From NCBI GenBank assembly GCA_963806755.1, contig CAWDZR010000031.1, positions 1,385-65,384 on the forward strand: DNA of 64,000 nucleotides, in the 5' to 3' direction. Position numbers and translations under genes: made by a program. The notes below the pieces were generated by a model that worked only from the letters and a program-made list of their open reading frames with translations, was not told the DNA's origin and did no database searches. Positions 18,381-28,029 of the stretch are shown one piece after another (position 1 is the first letter of the stretch; every line of letters starts with the position of its first letter). Origin of the DNA: an uncultured Gemmatimonadales bacterium. Its GTDB lineage: Bacteria > Gemmatimonadota > Gemmatimonadetes > Gemmatimonadales > JACORV01.

Positions 18381-19675
18381 TGGCCGAGGGCGCGGAAGAC
18401 GACCCCGCCCTTCATTACGAACTTGACGTTCCGCAGCACGTGGATGTCGGCCGTCGGGTCGCCGTCCACGGCGATCAGGTCGGCCAGGAGGCCGGGCTTC
18501 ACGCTGCCGCGGTCCGGCAGCTTCAGGATCTGTGCGTTCCCGCTGGTGGCGGCGATCACGGCCTGCAGCGTCGGCATCCCGTACTCCACCATCGTCTCGA
18601 GCTCCCGCACGTTCTCGCCGTGCGGGAAGACGCCCACGTCGCCGCCGAAGCAGATCGGCACGCCGGCCGCGAGCGCCTCCCGGAACGATTCGCGGTCGCG
18701 CGCGACCAGCGGCGGCATCGAGTCCACGCCCTTGCGCCAGCCCGCGTACTCCGCGGTCGCCTGGTACGCGGCCACCGTCGGGCACAATCCCACGTGGTGC
18801 TCGGCCATCAGCCGGAACACGTCGGGCGTGCCCAGCACGCCGTGCTCGATCGTGGTGACGCCCGCCAGCACCGCGCGCCGCATCGCCTCGGCGGTGTAGG
18901 CGTGCTCCGAGACGGGATGCCCCGCGCTCGACGCCACCGCGACGATGGTGTTCCACTCCTCCTGCGTGAAGGTGGGCTCCACCTCGCCGTGCGCGCCCCA
19001 CCGTGCGTCGCCGTAGATCTTCACCCAGTCGGCGCCCCGCCCGATCTGATCGCGGATCACCCGGATCAGGTCGTCCACGCCGCCGGCCTCCTCGGCGCCG
19101 AAGGCGATGGAGCGCTCCGGCGCCCCCTTGGGCGCGTAGGCGCCCTGCGCCACGATGGCGCGGGTCGCGACCAGCAGGCGCGGCCCGGGGATGATGCCCT
19201 GGGCGATGGCGTCGCGCAGCCCGACGTCGGTGTAGCCCGCGCCCTCGGTGCCGAGGTCGCGCTCGGTGGTGATGCCCGCCATGAGCGTGGTGCGCGCGGC
19301 CACCGTCGCGCGGGCCACCCGCAGCCCCAGCGGCTCGTAGAGGACCTGGTTGTCCCAGCTGTTCTCGTTGTAGGGATGCAGCAGCAGGTGGGAATGGCCC
19401 TCGATCATCCCCGGCATCAGCGTGAGGCGGCCGAGGTCGATCACGCGCGCGCCCGCCGGGCGCTGGATCGAGCCGGCGGGACCGGCGGCGGCGATCCGGT
19501 CGCCGGTGACGACGACCTCCCAGCCGCTCTGGAGCTGCGCGCCGTCGAAGACGTGCGCCGCCTTCAGGACCACCGACGGCGGCGCGGCGGGGGCAGCCGG
19601 TGCCTGTGCCGCCGCCCGCGCGGGAAGCCCCACGCCAACCGCCATCGCCATCGCGACCCACCGCCACGTCGTCAT
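18377..19675 (-). CDS. metal-dependent amidohydrolase family protein, secreted
   Basis: 432 aa with signal peptide ...GLPARAAAQ. LMPGMIEGHSHLL is the HxH metal motif of the amidohydrolase superfamily. The stop overlaps the next start (GTGA). Confidence 0.8.
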   Translation of the reverse strand: MTTWRWVAMAMAVGVGLPARAAAQAPAAPAAPPSVVLKAAHVFDGAQLQSGWEVVVTGDRIAAAGPAGSIQRPAGARVIDLGRLTLMPGMIEGHSHLLLHPYNENSWDNQVLYEPLGLRVARATVAARTTLMAGITTERDLGTEGAGYTDVGLRDAIAQGIIPGPRLLVATRAIVAQGAYAPKGAPERSIAFGAEEAGGVDDLIRVIRDQIGRGADWVKIYGDARWGAHGEVEPTFTQEEWNTIVAVASSAGHPVSEHAYTAEAMRRAVLAGVTTIEHGVLGTPDVFRLMAEHHVGLCPTVAAYQATAEYAGWRKGVDSMPPLVARDRESFREALAAGVPICFGGDVGVFPHGENVRELETMVEYGMPTLQAVIAATSGNAQILKLPDRGSVKPGLLADLIAVDGDPTADIHVLRNVKFVMKGGVVFRALGQ

Positions 19676-19688
19676 CGTCGCCTCCTCG

Positions 19689-21059
19689 CTAGGAACACCC
19701 CAGCTTCGCCCGGATTTCCGCTTCGGTCAGCTTGACGCGCGGCCGACCGTTGGCCTTGCCGCGCGCGGTCTCGAGCGCCGCGATCTCGCTCCAGTCGTCG
19801 TAGGTGATGAGGCACGGCTGCCGCTCGCGGAGCAGCGCCTCGATGGCCGCCGGGTCGTCCACCGCCGGCGCAGGCGCCGCGCCCGACTTGAGGTCCTCGA
19901 CGATGGCGTCGGCCGTCTCCGCGGCGTCGGGCTTGTTGGTGCCGATCACGCCGGACGGACCGCGCTTGATCCAGCCGGCGACGTACAAACCAGGTAGTGG
20001 GTTGTGGGTTGTAGGGGACAGGACGCGACCCCGGTCATTGGGGATGACCCCCGTCTTCTCGTCGAAGGGCACGTCGGCCAGCGGGATGCCGCGGTAGCCG
20101 ACGGAGCGGAACACCATCTCGACCGGCAGATCCTCGAACGCGCCGCTCGGCACCGCCTGGAGCTGGCCGTCGGGCCCTGCCTCGAGCCGGTTGCGCACCA
20201 GGCGCATGCCGCGCACGCGGCCGCGGTCGTCGCCGCACAGCTCGACGGGCGAGACGAGGAAGCGCAGCGTCAGCCGCTTGGGCCGGCCGGTGCACGGGCG
20301 GGCACAGAAGCCCCGCAGCACCTCGACCTTCCTGCGCAGCGTCTGGTCGTCGGCACGCTCGAGCTGCGCGCGGCTCAGGGGGTCCAGCTCCACCTCTTCG
20401 CGCAGCACGCGGACGTCGCAGTCGGCGAGCTCGCCCATCTCCCGCGCCTCGGGTGTCGTGAACGACGCCTGAGCCGGTCCGCGCCGGCCCAGGAGGTACA
20501 CCTCCCGGACGCGGCTCTCCCGCAGCGCCTCGAGCGCGTAGTCCGCGATGTCGGTGGAAGCGAGCTCGGCGGGCGTGCGCAACAGGATGCGCGCCACGTC
20601 CACCGCCACGTTGCCCACGCCCACCACCGCGACCCGCTCGACCGACAGATCGAACGCGAGGTGGCGGAAGCGCGGGTGCCCGTTGTACCAGGCGACGAAG
20701 TCGGTGGCGCTGTGGCTGCGCACGAGGTCCTCGCCGGGAATGCCCATGCGCCGGTCGGTCTGCGCGCCGGTCGTGAAGCAGGCGGCGTGGTAGTGGCGGG
20801 TGAAGTCGGCGAGCGTGACCTCGCTCCCGAACTCGACGTTGCCGAAGTAGCGGAACCCGGTGCGGGAGGCGACGGCGTCGAAGGCGCGGGTGACGGAGCG
20901 GATCTTCTCGTGATCGGGGGCGACGCCGAAGCGCACCAGGCCGTACGGCGCCGGGAGGCGCTCGTAGAGGTCCACCTCCACGGCGACGTCGGTCCGCCCG
21001 AGGAGCCGCTCCGCCAGGAAGAAGCCGGCGGGGCCGGCTCCCACGATCGCGACGCGCAC
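19689..21059 (-). CDS. fprA: NADPH-ferredoxin/adrenodoxin reductase-like flavoprotein (FprA type)
   Basis: MRVAIVGAGPAGFFLAERLL...YERLPAPYGLVRFGVAPDHEKIR...VAVVGVGNVAVDVARIL...YVAGWIKRGPSGVIGTNK are characteristic FprA/AdR motifs. Confidence 0.8.
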   Translation of the reverse strand: MRVAIVGAGPAGFFLAERLLGRTDVAVEVDLYERLPAPYGLVRFGVAPDHEKIRSVTRAFDAVASRTGFRYFGNVEFGSEVTLADFTRHYHAACFTTGAQTDRRMGIPGEDLVRSHSATDFVAWYNGHPRFRHLAFDLSVERVAVVGVGNVAVDVARILLRTPAELASTDIADYALEALRESRVREVYLLGRRGPAQASFTTPEAREMGELADCDVRVLREEVELDPLSRAQLERADDQTLRRKVEVLRGFCARPCTGRPKRLTLRFLVSPVELCGDDRGRVRGMRLVRNRLEAGPDGQLQAVPSGAFEDLPVEMVFRSVGYRGIPLADVPFDEKTGVIPNDRGRVLSPTTHNPLPGLYVAGWIKRGPSGVIGTNKPDAAETADAIVEDLKSGAAPAPAVDDPAAIEALLRERQPCLITYDDWSEIAALETARGKANGRPRVKLTEAEIRAKLGCS

Positions 21060-21187
21060 GCCGCCAATCTAACCCCGGCCACGGCGGCCGACAGCGGGGT
21101 GCCGAACCCGCATCTCGCGCCCGCGGCCAGCGGATGATAACTTGCGCGGCCGTGACGCCCGAAACGCTCGCCGCCGCCCCGGGGACG

Positions 21188-22852
21188 ATGCACCTCGCCC
21201 CGCTCGACTACGCCATCATCGGCGTGTACTTCGTCTTCGTCCTCGCCATCGGCGCCGTGCTCCGGCGCCGCGTGAAGACCAGCAGCCACTTCCTGATGAG
21301 CGGCCGCGCGGTGGCGCTGTGGATCACCTCGCTCGCCTTCATCTCCGCCAACCTCGGCGCGCAGGAAGTGCTCGGGATGACGGCCTCGGGGGCCAAGTAC
21401 GGGATCATGACCGCCCACTTCTACTGGGTGGGCGCCATCCCGGCCATGGTCTTCCTCGGCCTGTTCATGATGCCGTTCTACTACGGCAGCCGGGCGCGCA
21501 GCGTCCCCGAATTCCTCAAGCTCAGGTTCGACGAGAAGACGCGGACGCTGAACGCGCTCTCCTTCGCCGTGATGACGATCTTCTCCTCCGGCATCTCCCT
21601 GTACGCGCTGGCCATCCTGTTCCAGGCGCTGCTGGGCTGGAACTTCGAGTTCTCCGTCTTCGTATCGGCCGGCATCGTGCTCGCCTACACCGTCCTCGGC
21701 GGGCTCACGAGCGCGATCTACAACGAAGTGCTCCAGTTCTTCCTGATCGTGTTCGGCATCGCGCCGCTGGTGTACGTGGGGCTGCATCACGTGGGCGGGT
21801 GGTCCGGCATCCAGGCCGTGCTCGCGCCGCAGATGACCCACGCGTGGCGGTACATGGGCTCGGCGGCCGAGAACCCGATGGGCATCGGGATCTTCGGGAT
21901 GGTGATGGGGCTGGGCTTCGTGCTCTCCTTCGGGTACTGGTGCACCGATTTCCTGGTGGTGCAGCGGGCAATGGTGGCGCACGACATGAGCGCGGCGCGC
22001 CGCACGCCGCTCCTGGCGGCGTTCCCCAAGATGCTGATCCCGTTCGTCGTCATCCTGCCGGGGCTGATCGCGATGGCGATGGCGGCGAAGGGCGGCGGCT
22101 ACCACCTGCCGCTCAAGGCCGACGGGACCGTGAATTACAACATGGCGCTCCCCTCGATGCTGGCGCAGCTCTACCCCTCGGGAATGCTCGGCGTGGGGCT
22201 CACCGCGCTGATGGCCTCCTTCATGTCAGGCATGGCCGGGAACGTCACGGCCTTCAACTCGGTCTGGACGTACGACGTCTACCAGAGCCACATCCGGAAA
22301 GACGCGTCGGACGCGCATTACCTCTGGGTCGGGCGGGCCACCACCGTGGTCGGCATCCTGCTCTCGGTGGCGACCGCGTACCTCGCCCGCACGTTCAACA
22401 ACATCATGGACCTGCTGCAGCTGGTCTTCGGGTTCGTGAACGCGCCGCTGTTCGCCACCTTCCTGCTGGGGATGTTCTGGAAGCGGAGCACCGGGCACGG
22501 CGCCTTCTGGGGGCTGGTGTCGGGGACGCTCGCGGCGGCCGTGATGCACGGCGTCACGATGGCCGAGGGCAAGGGCGGATGGCTGCTGGCCGGGCACGCG
22601 CCGGTGCACGTCTTCCGCGCGACCATGAGCCAGAACTTCGCGCTGGCGATCGCGGCCTTCACCACCTGTTTCGTGGTCACGATCGTCGTGAGCCTGGCGA
22701 CGCGCCCGCGCCCCGACGAGGAGATGCGCGGGCTGGTGTACAGCCTCACGGAGCGGCCCACGGTGACCGGGCTCCCGTGGTACAAGCGGCCCGCGGTGCT
22801 GGCGGTGATCGTGCTCGCCGCCACCGTCGCCCTCAACCTCGTCTTCGCCTAG
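21188..22852 (+). CDS. sodium:solute symporter (SGLT/SSF family)
   Basis: ORF 21134..22852. ATG 21188 gives MHLAPLDYAIIGVYFVFVLAIGAVLRRR...SGRAVALWITSLAFISANLGAQEVLG, typical of SSF. Confidence 0.85.
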   Translation: MHLAPLDYAIIGVYFVFVLAIGAVLRRRVKTSSHFLMSGRAVALWITSLAFISANLGAQEVLGMTASGAKYGIMTAHFYWVGAIPAMVFLGLFMMPFYYGSRARSVPEFLKLRFDEKTRTLNALSFAVMTIFSSGISLYALAILFQALLGWNFEFSVFVSAGIVLAYTVLGGLTSAIYNEVLQFFLIVFGIAPLVYVGLHHVGGWSGIQAVLAPQMTHAWRYMGSAAENPMGIGIFGMVMGLGFVLSFGYWCTDFLVVQRAMVAHDMSAARRTPLLAAFPKMLIPFVVILPGLIAMAMAAKGGGYHLPLKADGTVNYNMALPSMLAQLYPSGMLGVGLTALMASFMSGMAGNVTAFNSVWTYDVYQSHIRKDASDAHYLWVGRATTVVGILLSVATAYLARTFNNIMDLLQLVFGFVNAPLFATFLLGMFWKRSTGHGAFWGLVSGTLAAAVMHGVTMAEGKGGWLLAGHAPVHVFRATMSQNFALAIAAFTTCFVVTIVVSLATRPRPDEEMRGLVYSLTERPTVTGLPWYKRPAVLAVIVLAATVALNLVFA

Positions 22853-22861
22853 AGCGGCCCC

Positions 22862-23062
22862 GTGCGACGCCTCGAAGACCTCCGCTTCATCATCGGCCTC
22901 CTGTTCGCCATCCTGGGCGTGCTGGTGCTGATCGCGGCGCCGGGCGCCCGGCCCGCCGTCGGCGCCGGCGTGAACGCCGACCTGGTCGGGGGCGTCCTCA
23001 TGACGGCGTTCGCGGCCCTGATGATCCTCCTCGCCTTCCTCGCCCCGCCCAAGGACCGGTAG
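22862..23062 (+). CDS. small two-TM membrane protein (possible symporter-associated subunit)
   Basis: 66-aa ORF (GTG start) 9 nt after the symporter stop. It has two hydrophobic helices, FIIGLLFAILGVLVLIAA and VLMTAFAALMILLAFL. I recognise no family. Confidence 0.35.
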   Translation: MRRLEDLRFIIGLLFAILGVLVLIAAPGARPAVGAGVNADLVGGVLMTAFAALMILLAFLAPPKDR

Positions 23063-23095
23063 CCGCCCCCTCGAGGGCGGTTTGCAACCTTTTCC
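23063..23095 (+). terminator. candidate intrinsic terminator
   Basis: CCGCCC (23063-23068) pairs with GGGCGG (23075-23080), followed by TTTGCAACCTTTTCC. It lies immediately after the stop at 23062. Confidence 0.4.
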
Positions 23096-23169
23096 GCCCC
23101 ACCAACGTCCTACAGGTGTAGTCGCCGCTCCCGAAGCCGCCGGTCCACCGTCGTCACCGGAGGTCGTTC

Positions 23170-25872
23170 GTGCGCTCAGGCGTCCTGATCGGGGCCATCG
23201 GCCTCGCCCTCGGCACCTTCGCCGCGGCGCGCCCGGCGGCCGCGCAGGTCCACCCGACGCCCCCGCCCCGCGCGGAGGCCGCCCGCGCGACCGGCCACAT
23301 CACGATCGACGGGAAGCTCGACGAGCCGGACTGGCAGGCGGCGGTGCCCGCCACCGACTTCCGCCAGTCCCAGCCCAACGAGGGCCAGCCCGCGACCCAG
23401 CGCACCGAGGTGCGCTTTCTCTACGACGACGACGCGCTCTACATCGGCGCGCGGATGTACGACACCGAAGGCGCCAGGGGCATCCGCACGCGGCTGGCGC
23501 GGCGCGACAACATGCCCGCGGCGGACTACATCGAGATCATCTTCGACACCTTCCACGACCACCTCGGTCGCGTGGACTTCCAGGTCAACCCGTCGGGCGT
23601 GAAGGCCGACTCCTACGGCCCCAACGGCTCCAACCTCGACCTGTCGTGGGATGCGGTGTGGGACGTCGCCACGACCGTGGACTCGCTGGGCTGGACGGCC
23701 GAGTTCCGGATCCCGCTCGGCCAGCTGCGCTACCCGCGAGACTCCGTGCAGACGTGGGGCCTCCAGGTGTGGCGGATGGAGGCGCGGCTCAACGAGCTGT
23801 CGCAGTGGGCGTTCTGGCACCTGAACGAGACGGGCGGCCCGGCGCGGTTCGGGCACCTCGAGGGCCTGCACATCACCCGCGGGCCCGACCGCGGCGAGGT
23901 GCTCCCCTACGTGGTGGGCCGCACGACGATGGACCCGACCGTCTCGCCGGCCAATCCGTTCACCGAGCCGCACGCGTGGGACGAGCGCGTCGGCGGCGAT
24001 TTCAAGTACCTGGTGAATTCCTCGCTGACCCTGTCGGGCACGATCAATCCCGACTTCGGGCAGGTCGAGGTGGACCCGGCGGTCGTCAACCTCAGCGCCT
24101 TCGAGACCTACTTCCAGGAGAAGCGGCCGTTCTTCGTCGAGGGCAACGGCCTGTTCGACTTCGGGAGCTTCAGCTGCTTCAGCTGCAGCAACGTCAATGC
24201 GCCGGGCCTGTTCTACTCGCGCCGCATCGGCCGTTCGCCGCAGGGCGCCGGCAACGCGTTGACCGCGGCGGGCGACAGCGGCTTCGCCCAGGTGCCGGAC
24301 AACACCGCGATCCTCGGCGCCGCGAAGCTCACGGGCAGCGTGGCGAAGGGCTGGACGCTCGCGGCGCTCGACGCCACGACGGCGCGCGAGATGGCCCAGA
24401 TCCAGGACTCGACGGGCCGCCGGTACCAGATGGAGGTCGAGCCGTTCACCAACTACTTCGTCGCGCGCATGTCGCACGACCTGCCGGGCGGCAGCTACGT
24501 GCGCGGCATGGTCACCTCGGTCGTGCGGGACATTCGCGACTCGACGCTCGCCACGCAGCTCAACACGCACTCCGAGGCGGCGGGGCTCGAGACCGACCTG
24601 TGGTGGGGGAAGCGCACCTATCAGCTGATGGCCAACGCGATGATGACCCAGGCGGTGGGCAGCCCGGCCGACATCCTCGGGCTCGAGCAGTCGAGCGCGC
24701 GCTACTTCCAGCGGCCCGACCGGCGCAACGGCTCGGACGGCCTGTTCAGCAACCGCTACGACGACTCGCTCACGGCACTACGCGGCTACTCGTTCTACAC
24801 GCGGCTGGCCAAGGACGCCGGCGACTGGAACTGGGAGATGCAGACGAACGTCCTGAGCCCCGGCTTCGAGGCGAATGACGTCGCCTTCAACACCCAGTCC
24901 GACCGCATCTTCATGGGCGGGAACCTGATGCGGCAGTTCACCAAGCCCAACCGGTTCGCGCGCTTCATGATGTTCATGCTGGGCGCCCAGCAGATCTACA
25001 ACTTCAGCCACGAGCTCCAGAACCGGCAGGTCCAGGGGTACACCCAGTTCACGTTCCACAACTACTGGAACCTGGCCTTCTACGGGCAGGTCCGCGCGCA
25101 GACGCTGAACGACAACCTGGCGCGCGGCGGTCCCGCCCTGGGCCAGGCGCCGTCGTGGTACTCCTTCGTCCAGCTGACCACCGACTCGCGCAAGGCGCTG
25201 GTCATCTCGAGCACTCCGGACCTCGGCTGCTCCCAGGGCCACTGCTCGTGGGACCTGAGCGTGGACGCGGTCGTTCACGCGGCGCCGAACGTCTCGGTGG
25301 AGCTGATCCCGGCGTTCAGCTACGGCACGACCAACCACCAGTACGTCACCACCGTGGCGGATTCGACGGCGACCGCGTTCTACGGGCAGCGGTACGTGTT
25401 CGCCAACCTGCTCGAGAAGACCCTCTCGATGGTGACGCGGCTGGACTGGACCTACACGCCGAACCTGACGCTGCAGCTGTACGTGCAGCCGCTGATCGTG
25501 AGCGGGCGGTACGGCGCCTTCCACGAGTTCGCCGCGCCGCGCAGCCTGGCCACCACCGTGTACGGCGCGAACGCCGGCACGATCGGCTACGCGAACGGCA
25601 CGTACACCGTGGACCCCGACGGCGCCGGGCCCGCGGCGCCGTTCACGTTCTCCGACCCCAACTTCAACTTCCGCTCGCTCCGGGGCAGCGCGGTGCTGCG
25701 CTGGGAGTATCACCCCGGCTCCACCGTCTATTTCGTCTGGACGCAGGAGCGGAGCGGGACCGGCGCCACCGGCATCGGCGACCTCGCGCTCGGAAGCGAC
25801 CTGCGCGGGCTGGCGGACCTGCAGCCGACCAACGTCTTTCTGGTCAAGTTCAGCTACTGGGTGGGGCTCTGA
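23170..25872 (+). CDS. CBM9-like + DUF5916 outer-membrane beta-barrel-type protein (paralog 1 of 3)
   Basis: 900 aa with a signal peptide. ITIDGKLDEPDWQAAVPATDFRQSQPNEG...VRFLYDDDALYIGARMYD...WDAVWDVATTVDSLGWTAEFRIPL is the CBM9-like head. The C-terminus ends ...FLVKFSYWVGL, which is OMP-like. Confidence 0.75.
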   Translation: MRSGVLIGAIGLALGTFAAARPAAAQVHPTPPPRAEAARATGHITIDGKLDEPDWQAAVPATDFRQSQPNEGQPATQRTEVRFLYDDDALYIGARMYDTEGARGIRTRLARRDNMPAADYIEIIFDTFHDHLGRVDFQVNPSGVKADSYGPNGSNLDLSWDAVWDVATTVDSLGWTAEFRIPLGQLRYPRDSVQTWGLQVWRMEARLNELSQWAFWHLNETGGPARFGHLEGLHITRGPDRGEVLPYVVGRTTMDPTVSPANPFTEPHAWDERVGGDFKYLVNSSLTLSGTINPDFGQVEVDPAVVNLSAFETYFQEKRPFFVEGNGLFDFGSFSCFSCSNVNAPGLFYSRRIGRSPQGAGNALTAAGDSGFAQVPDNTAILGAAKLTGSVAKGWTLAALDATTAREMAQIQDSTGRRYQMEVEPFTNYFVARMSHDLPGGSYVRGMVTSVVRDIRDSTLATQLNTHSEAAGLETDLWWGKRTYQLMANAMMTQAVGSPADILGLEQSSARYFQRPDRRNGSDGLFSNRYDDSLTALRGYSFYTRLAKDAGDWNWEMQTNVLSPGFEANDVAFNTQSDRIFMGGNLMRQFTKPNRFARFMMFMLGAQQIYNFSHELQNRQVQGYTQFTFHNYWNLAFYGQVRAQTLNDNLARGGPALGQAPSWYSFVQLTTDSRKALVISSTPDLGCSQGHCSWDLSVDAVVHAAPNVSVELIPAFSYGTTNHQYVTTVADSTATAFYGQRYVFANLLEKTLSMVTRLDWTYTPNLTLQLYVQPLIVSGRYGAFHEFAAPRSLATTVYGANAGTIGYANGTYTVDPDGAGPAAPFTFSDPNFNFRSLRGSAVLRWEYHPGSTVYFVWTQERSGTGATGIGDLALGSDLRGLADLQPTNVFLVKFSYWVGL

Positions 25873-25904
25873 CGGCGTCGAGTGCCGAGAGTTCAGGGTT
25901 GCAG

Positions 25905-26062
25905 GCTAGTAGCGAGACGGCGAGTTGCGAGCGGTTGGCAGATATCGTTAGCCGGAGCGAGAAAGGCCGCGGCCGGCTCGTGGGAGCCTGAGGGCCCGTT
26001 CCGCTTCTGCCGTCTCACATCTCGCTACCGCTCGCCACTCGGCGTCTCGCAACTCTACTGGC
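25905..26062. repeat. Long imperfect inverted repeat with GCGAG-type short repeat units
   Basis: Left arm tagtagcgagacggcgagttgcgagcgg (25907-25933). Right arm taccgctcgccactcggcgtctcgcaactctact (about 26027-26059). The arms are largely reverse complements. The inner part contains a further GCCGG...CCGGC pairing. Confidence 0.6.
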
Positions 26063-26095
26063 GACCGCCTGCTCCGGCCTGTTAGTTACTCCCCC

Positions 26096-26500
26096 GTGCC
26101 CCCGTCCGTGCTCGCGCCCGTGCGCCCGGTGTTCCGAGCCCTCTGCGCCTCGTTCGTCCCCGAGTTCGCCGCGCTGGACGAGCGAGGCTGGGCCGAGGCG
26201 GAGGCCATCGTCGAACGCTTTCTCTCCACGCGACCGGCCGCCGTGCGGAGCCAGCTCACGCTGCTGATCCGGCTGCTCGACGCCCTGCCCCTGCTCCGCT
26301 ACGGCCGGCGCTTCACCGGCCTCGACGACGCGCGGCGCCGGCGCGTGCTGGAGGCGCTGCAGGACGCCCCGGTGCTGCTCCTGCGGCGCGGGATCTGGGG
26401 CGTGCGCACGCTCGCCTTCATGGGCTACTACGCGCGGCCCGAGGCCGCGGCGGCGATCGGCTACCGGGCGGACCCGCGGGGCTGGGAGGCGCGCCGGTGA
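26096..26500 (+). CDS. small subunit associated with GMC oxidoreductases (gluconate 2-dehydrogenase subunit 3-like)
   Basis: 134 aa (GTG start). The helical protein ...LLIRLLDALPLLRYGRRFTGLDDARRRRVLEALQDAPVLLLRRGIWGVRTLAFMGYY resembles the small partner proteins encoded upstream of GMC flavoenzymes. The stop overlaps the GMC start (GTGA). Confidence 0.55.
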   Translation: MPPSVLAPVRPVFRALCASFVPEFAALDERGWAEAEAIVERFLSTRPAAVRSQLTLLIRLLDALPLLRYGRRFTGLDDARRRRVLEALQDAPVLLLRRGIWGVRTLAFMGYYARPEAAAAIGYRADPRGWEARR

Positions 26501-28029
26501 GGGAGCGCGCATACGACGTCGTCATCGTCGGCTCCGGCGCCGGCGGCGGCACCGTGGCGCAGGAGCTGGCGCCGCTGGTCGCGCAGGGCGTGCGGGTGCT
26601 GGTGCTCGAGCAGGGCCCGCGCCTCGACGACGGCGAGTTCACCGGCCGCGAAGTCGAGATGGCCGACGCCCTCTACGAGGACGGCGGCGGCTTCCTCACC
26701 GCCGATGGGACGATGACCCTCGCCTTCGGCCGCGCGCTCGGCGGCTCGACCGTGGTGTACACGGGCACGTCGCTCGTCGTGCCGCCGCGCGTGATCGCCG
26801 GGTGGCGGGTGCCCGGCCTCGAGCACGGCGATCTCGCGCGCCGCTCCGCCAGGTACGCGGAGCAGAACGACGTCCACCTGCTCGAGCCCGAGCTGATCAA
26901 CGACAACAACCGCCTGTTCGTGGAGGGCTGCCGCCGGGCGGGGTTCCGCGCGGAGCAGTTCCCGCTCAACGTGCGCGGCTGCCGCGGCTCGAGCCTGTGC
27001 AACCTCGGCTGCCCCAACGCGGCCAAGATGGGCACCGCGCGGGTCCAGCTGCCGGCGGCCGAGCGCGCCGGCGTGCAGGTCGTGACGCGGGCGGAGGTTC
27101 GGCGCATCGGGGACCGCTCGCTGACCGTCGTGGTGCGGGACCGGAAGGCGGGCGAGAAGGGGCGAGTATCGGAGTGGGAACCCGGCGAGTACCTGGTGCG
27201 CGCGGGAGTGGTCGTCGTCGCCGGCGGATCGGTGGGCTCCTCCGCCCTGCTGCTGCGCTCCGGCTTCGGCCTGCGCCTGCCGGCGCTCGGCGCGGGATTC
27301 ACCTGCCATCCGGCGCACATCCTGGTGGCGGAGCACGAGCGCCCCATCACCAACGACGTGGGCCACCCCAAGAGCTACTACGTGGACCGCGCGGCCGAGG
27401 AGGAGTACGTGCTCGAGACGTGCATGTACTTCCCCTTCACCACCGCGAAGAACCTCACCGGCTTCGGCGCGTCGCACAGCGCGATGATGCGCGCCTTCCC
27501 GCGGCTCCAGATGATCCTGGTGCTCGCGTGCGACAAGGCGGCGAAGGACAACCGCGTCACGGTGGACCGCGACGGGAAGGCGGTGGTGCGCTACCGCTTC
27601 ACCCCGCGCACGATCGAGGCGATGGTGCGCGCCACCCGGGCGTCGGCGAAGATCTTCTTCGGCGCCGGCGCGCTGCGCGTGCACGCCCCATCGGCGGATC
27701 CGCCGCTGATCGAGCGTCGCGACGCGGCGCGCGTGGACGAGCTGATCGCGGCGCGCCACTTCCTCCCCGGCAAGGTGTCGGTCTCGGCGGCGCACCTGAT
27801 GGGCGGCTGCGCGATGGGCGCCGCCGGCGACCGCGCGGCCTCCGTGACCGACGCCTGGGGCCGGGTACACGGCGTGCCGTGGCTCCGCGTGGCCGACTCG
27901 AGCCTGTTCCCCGACTCGCTCGAGATCAACCCGTACCTCACCATCATGGCGCTGGCCGACCGCGTGGCGGAGGGCATCCGCACCGAGGCGCGCGACCTGC
28001 TCGGCGCCGCGGCACCCGAGGGAACGTGA
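26497..28029 (+). CDS. GMC-family FAD-dependent oxidoreductase
   Basis: 510 aa. YDVVIVGSGAGGGTVAQELA is the FAD-binding GxGxxG motif. The C-terminal ...HLMGGCAMG...VADSSLFP is typical of GMC enzymes. Confidence 0.85.
   Translation: MRERAYDVVIVGSGAGGGTVAQELAPLVAQGVRVLVLEQGPRLDDGEFTGREVEMADALYEDGGGFLTADGTMTLAFGRALGGSTVVYTGTSLVVPPRVIAGWRVPGLEHGDLARRSARYAEQNDVHLLEPELINDNNRLFVEGCRRAGFRAEQFPLNVRGCRGSSLCNLGCPNAAKMGTARVQLPAAERAGVQVVTRAEVRRIGDRSLTVVVRDRKAGEKGRVSEWEPGEYLVRAGVVVVAGGSVGSSALLLRSGFGLRLPALGAGFTCHPAHILVAEHERPITNDVGHPKSYYVDRAAEEEYVLETCMYFPFTTAKNLTGFGASHSAMMRAFPRLQMILVLACDKAAKDNRVTVDRDGKAVVRYRFTPRTIEAMVRATRASAKIFFGAGALRVHAPSADPPLIERRDAARVDELIAARHFLPGKVSVSAAHLMGGCAMGAAGDRAASVTDAWGRVHGVPWLRVADSSLFPDSLEINPYLTIMALADRVAEGIRTEARDLLGAAAPEGT

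Noticed and set aside
15466-19667. Apparent giant proteins in the ORF track: 15466..18201 (911 aa), 16317..19667 (1116 aa), 26802..29768 (988 aa), 54639..57491 (950 aa), 31288..33330 (680 aa), 40733..42454 (573 aa) and 29765..31147 (460 aa).
   Set aside because: Only the C-terminal part of each matches a protein family. The N-terminal extensions run out of frame through the upstream gene. Internal starts with RBS, signal peptide or 4-nt start/stop overlaps give sensible gene boundaries.
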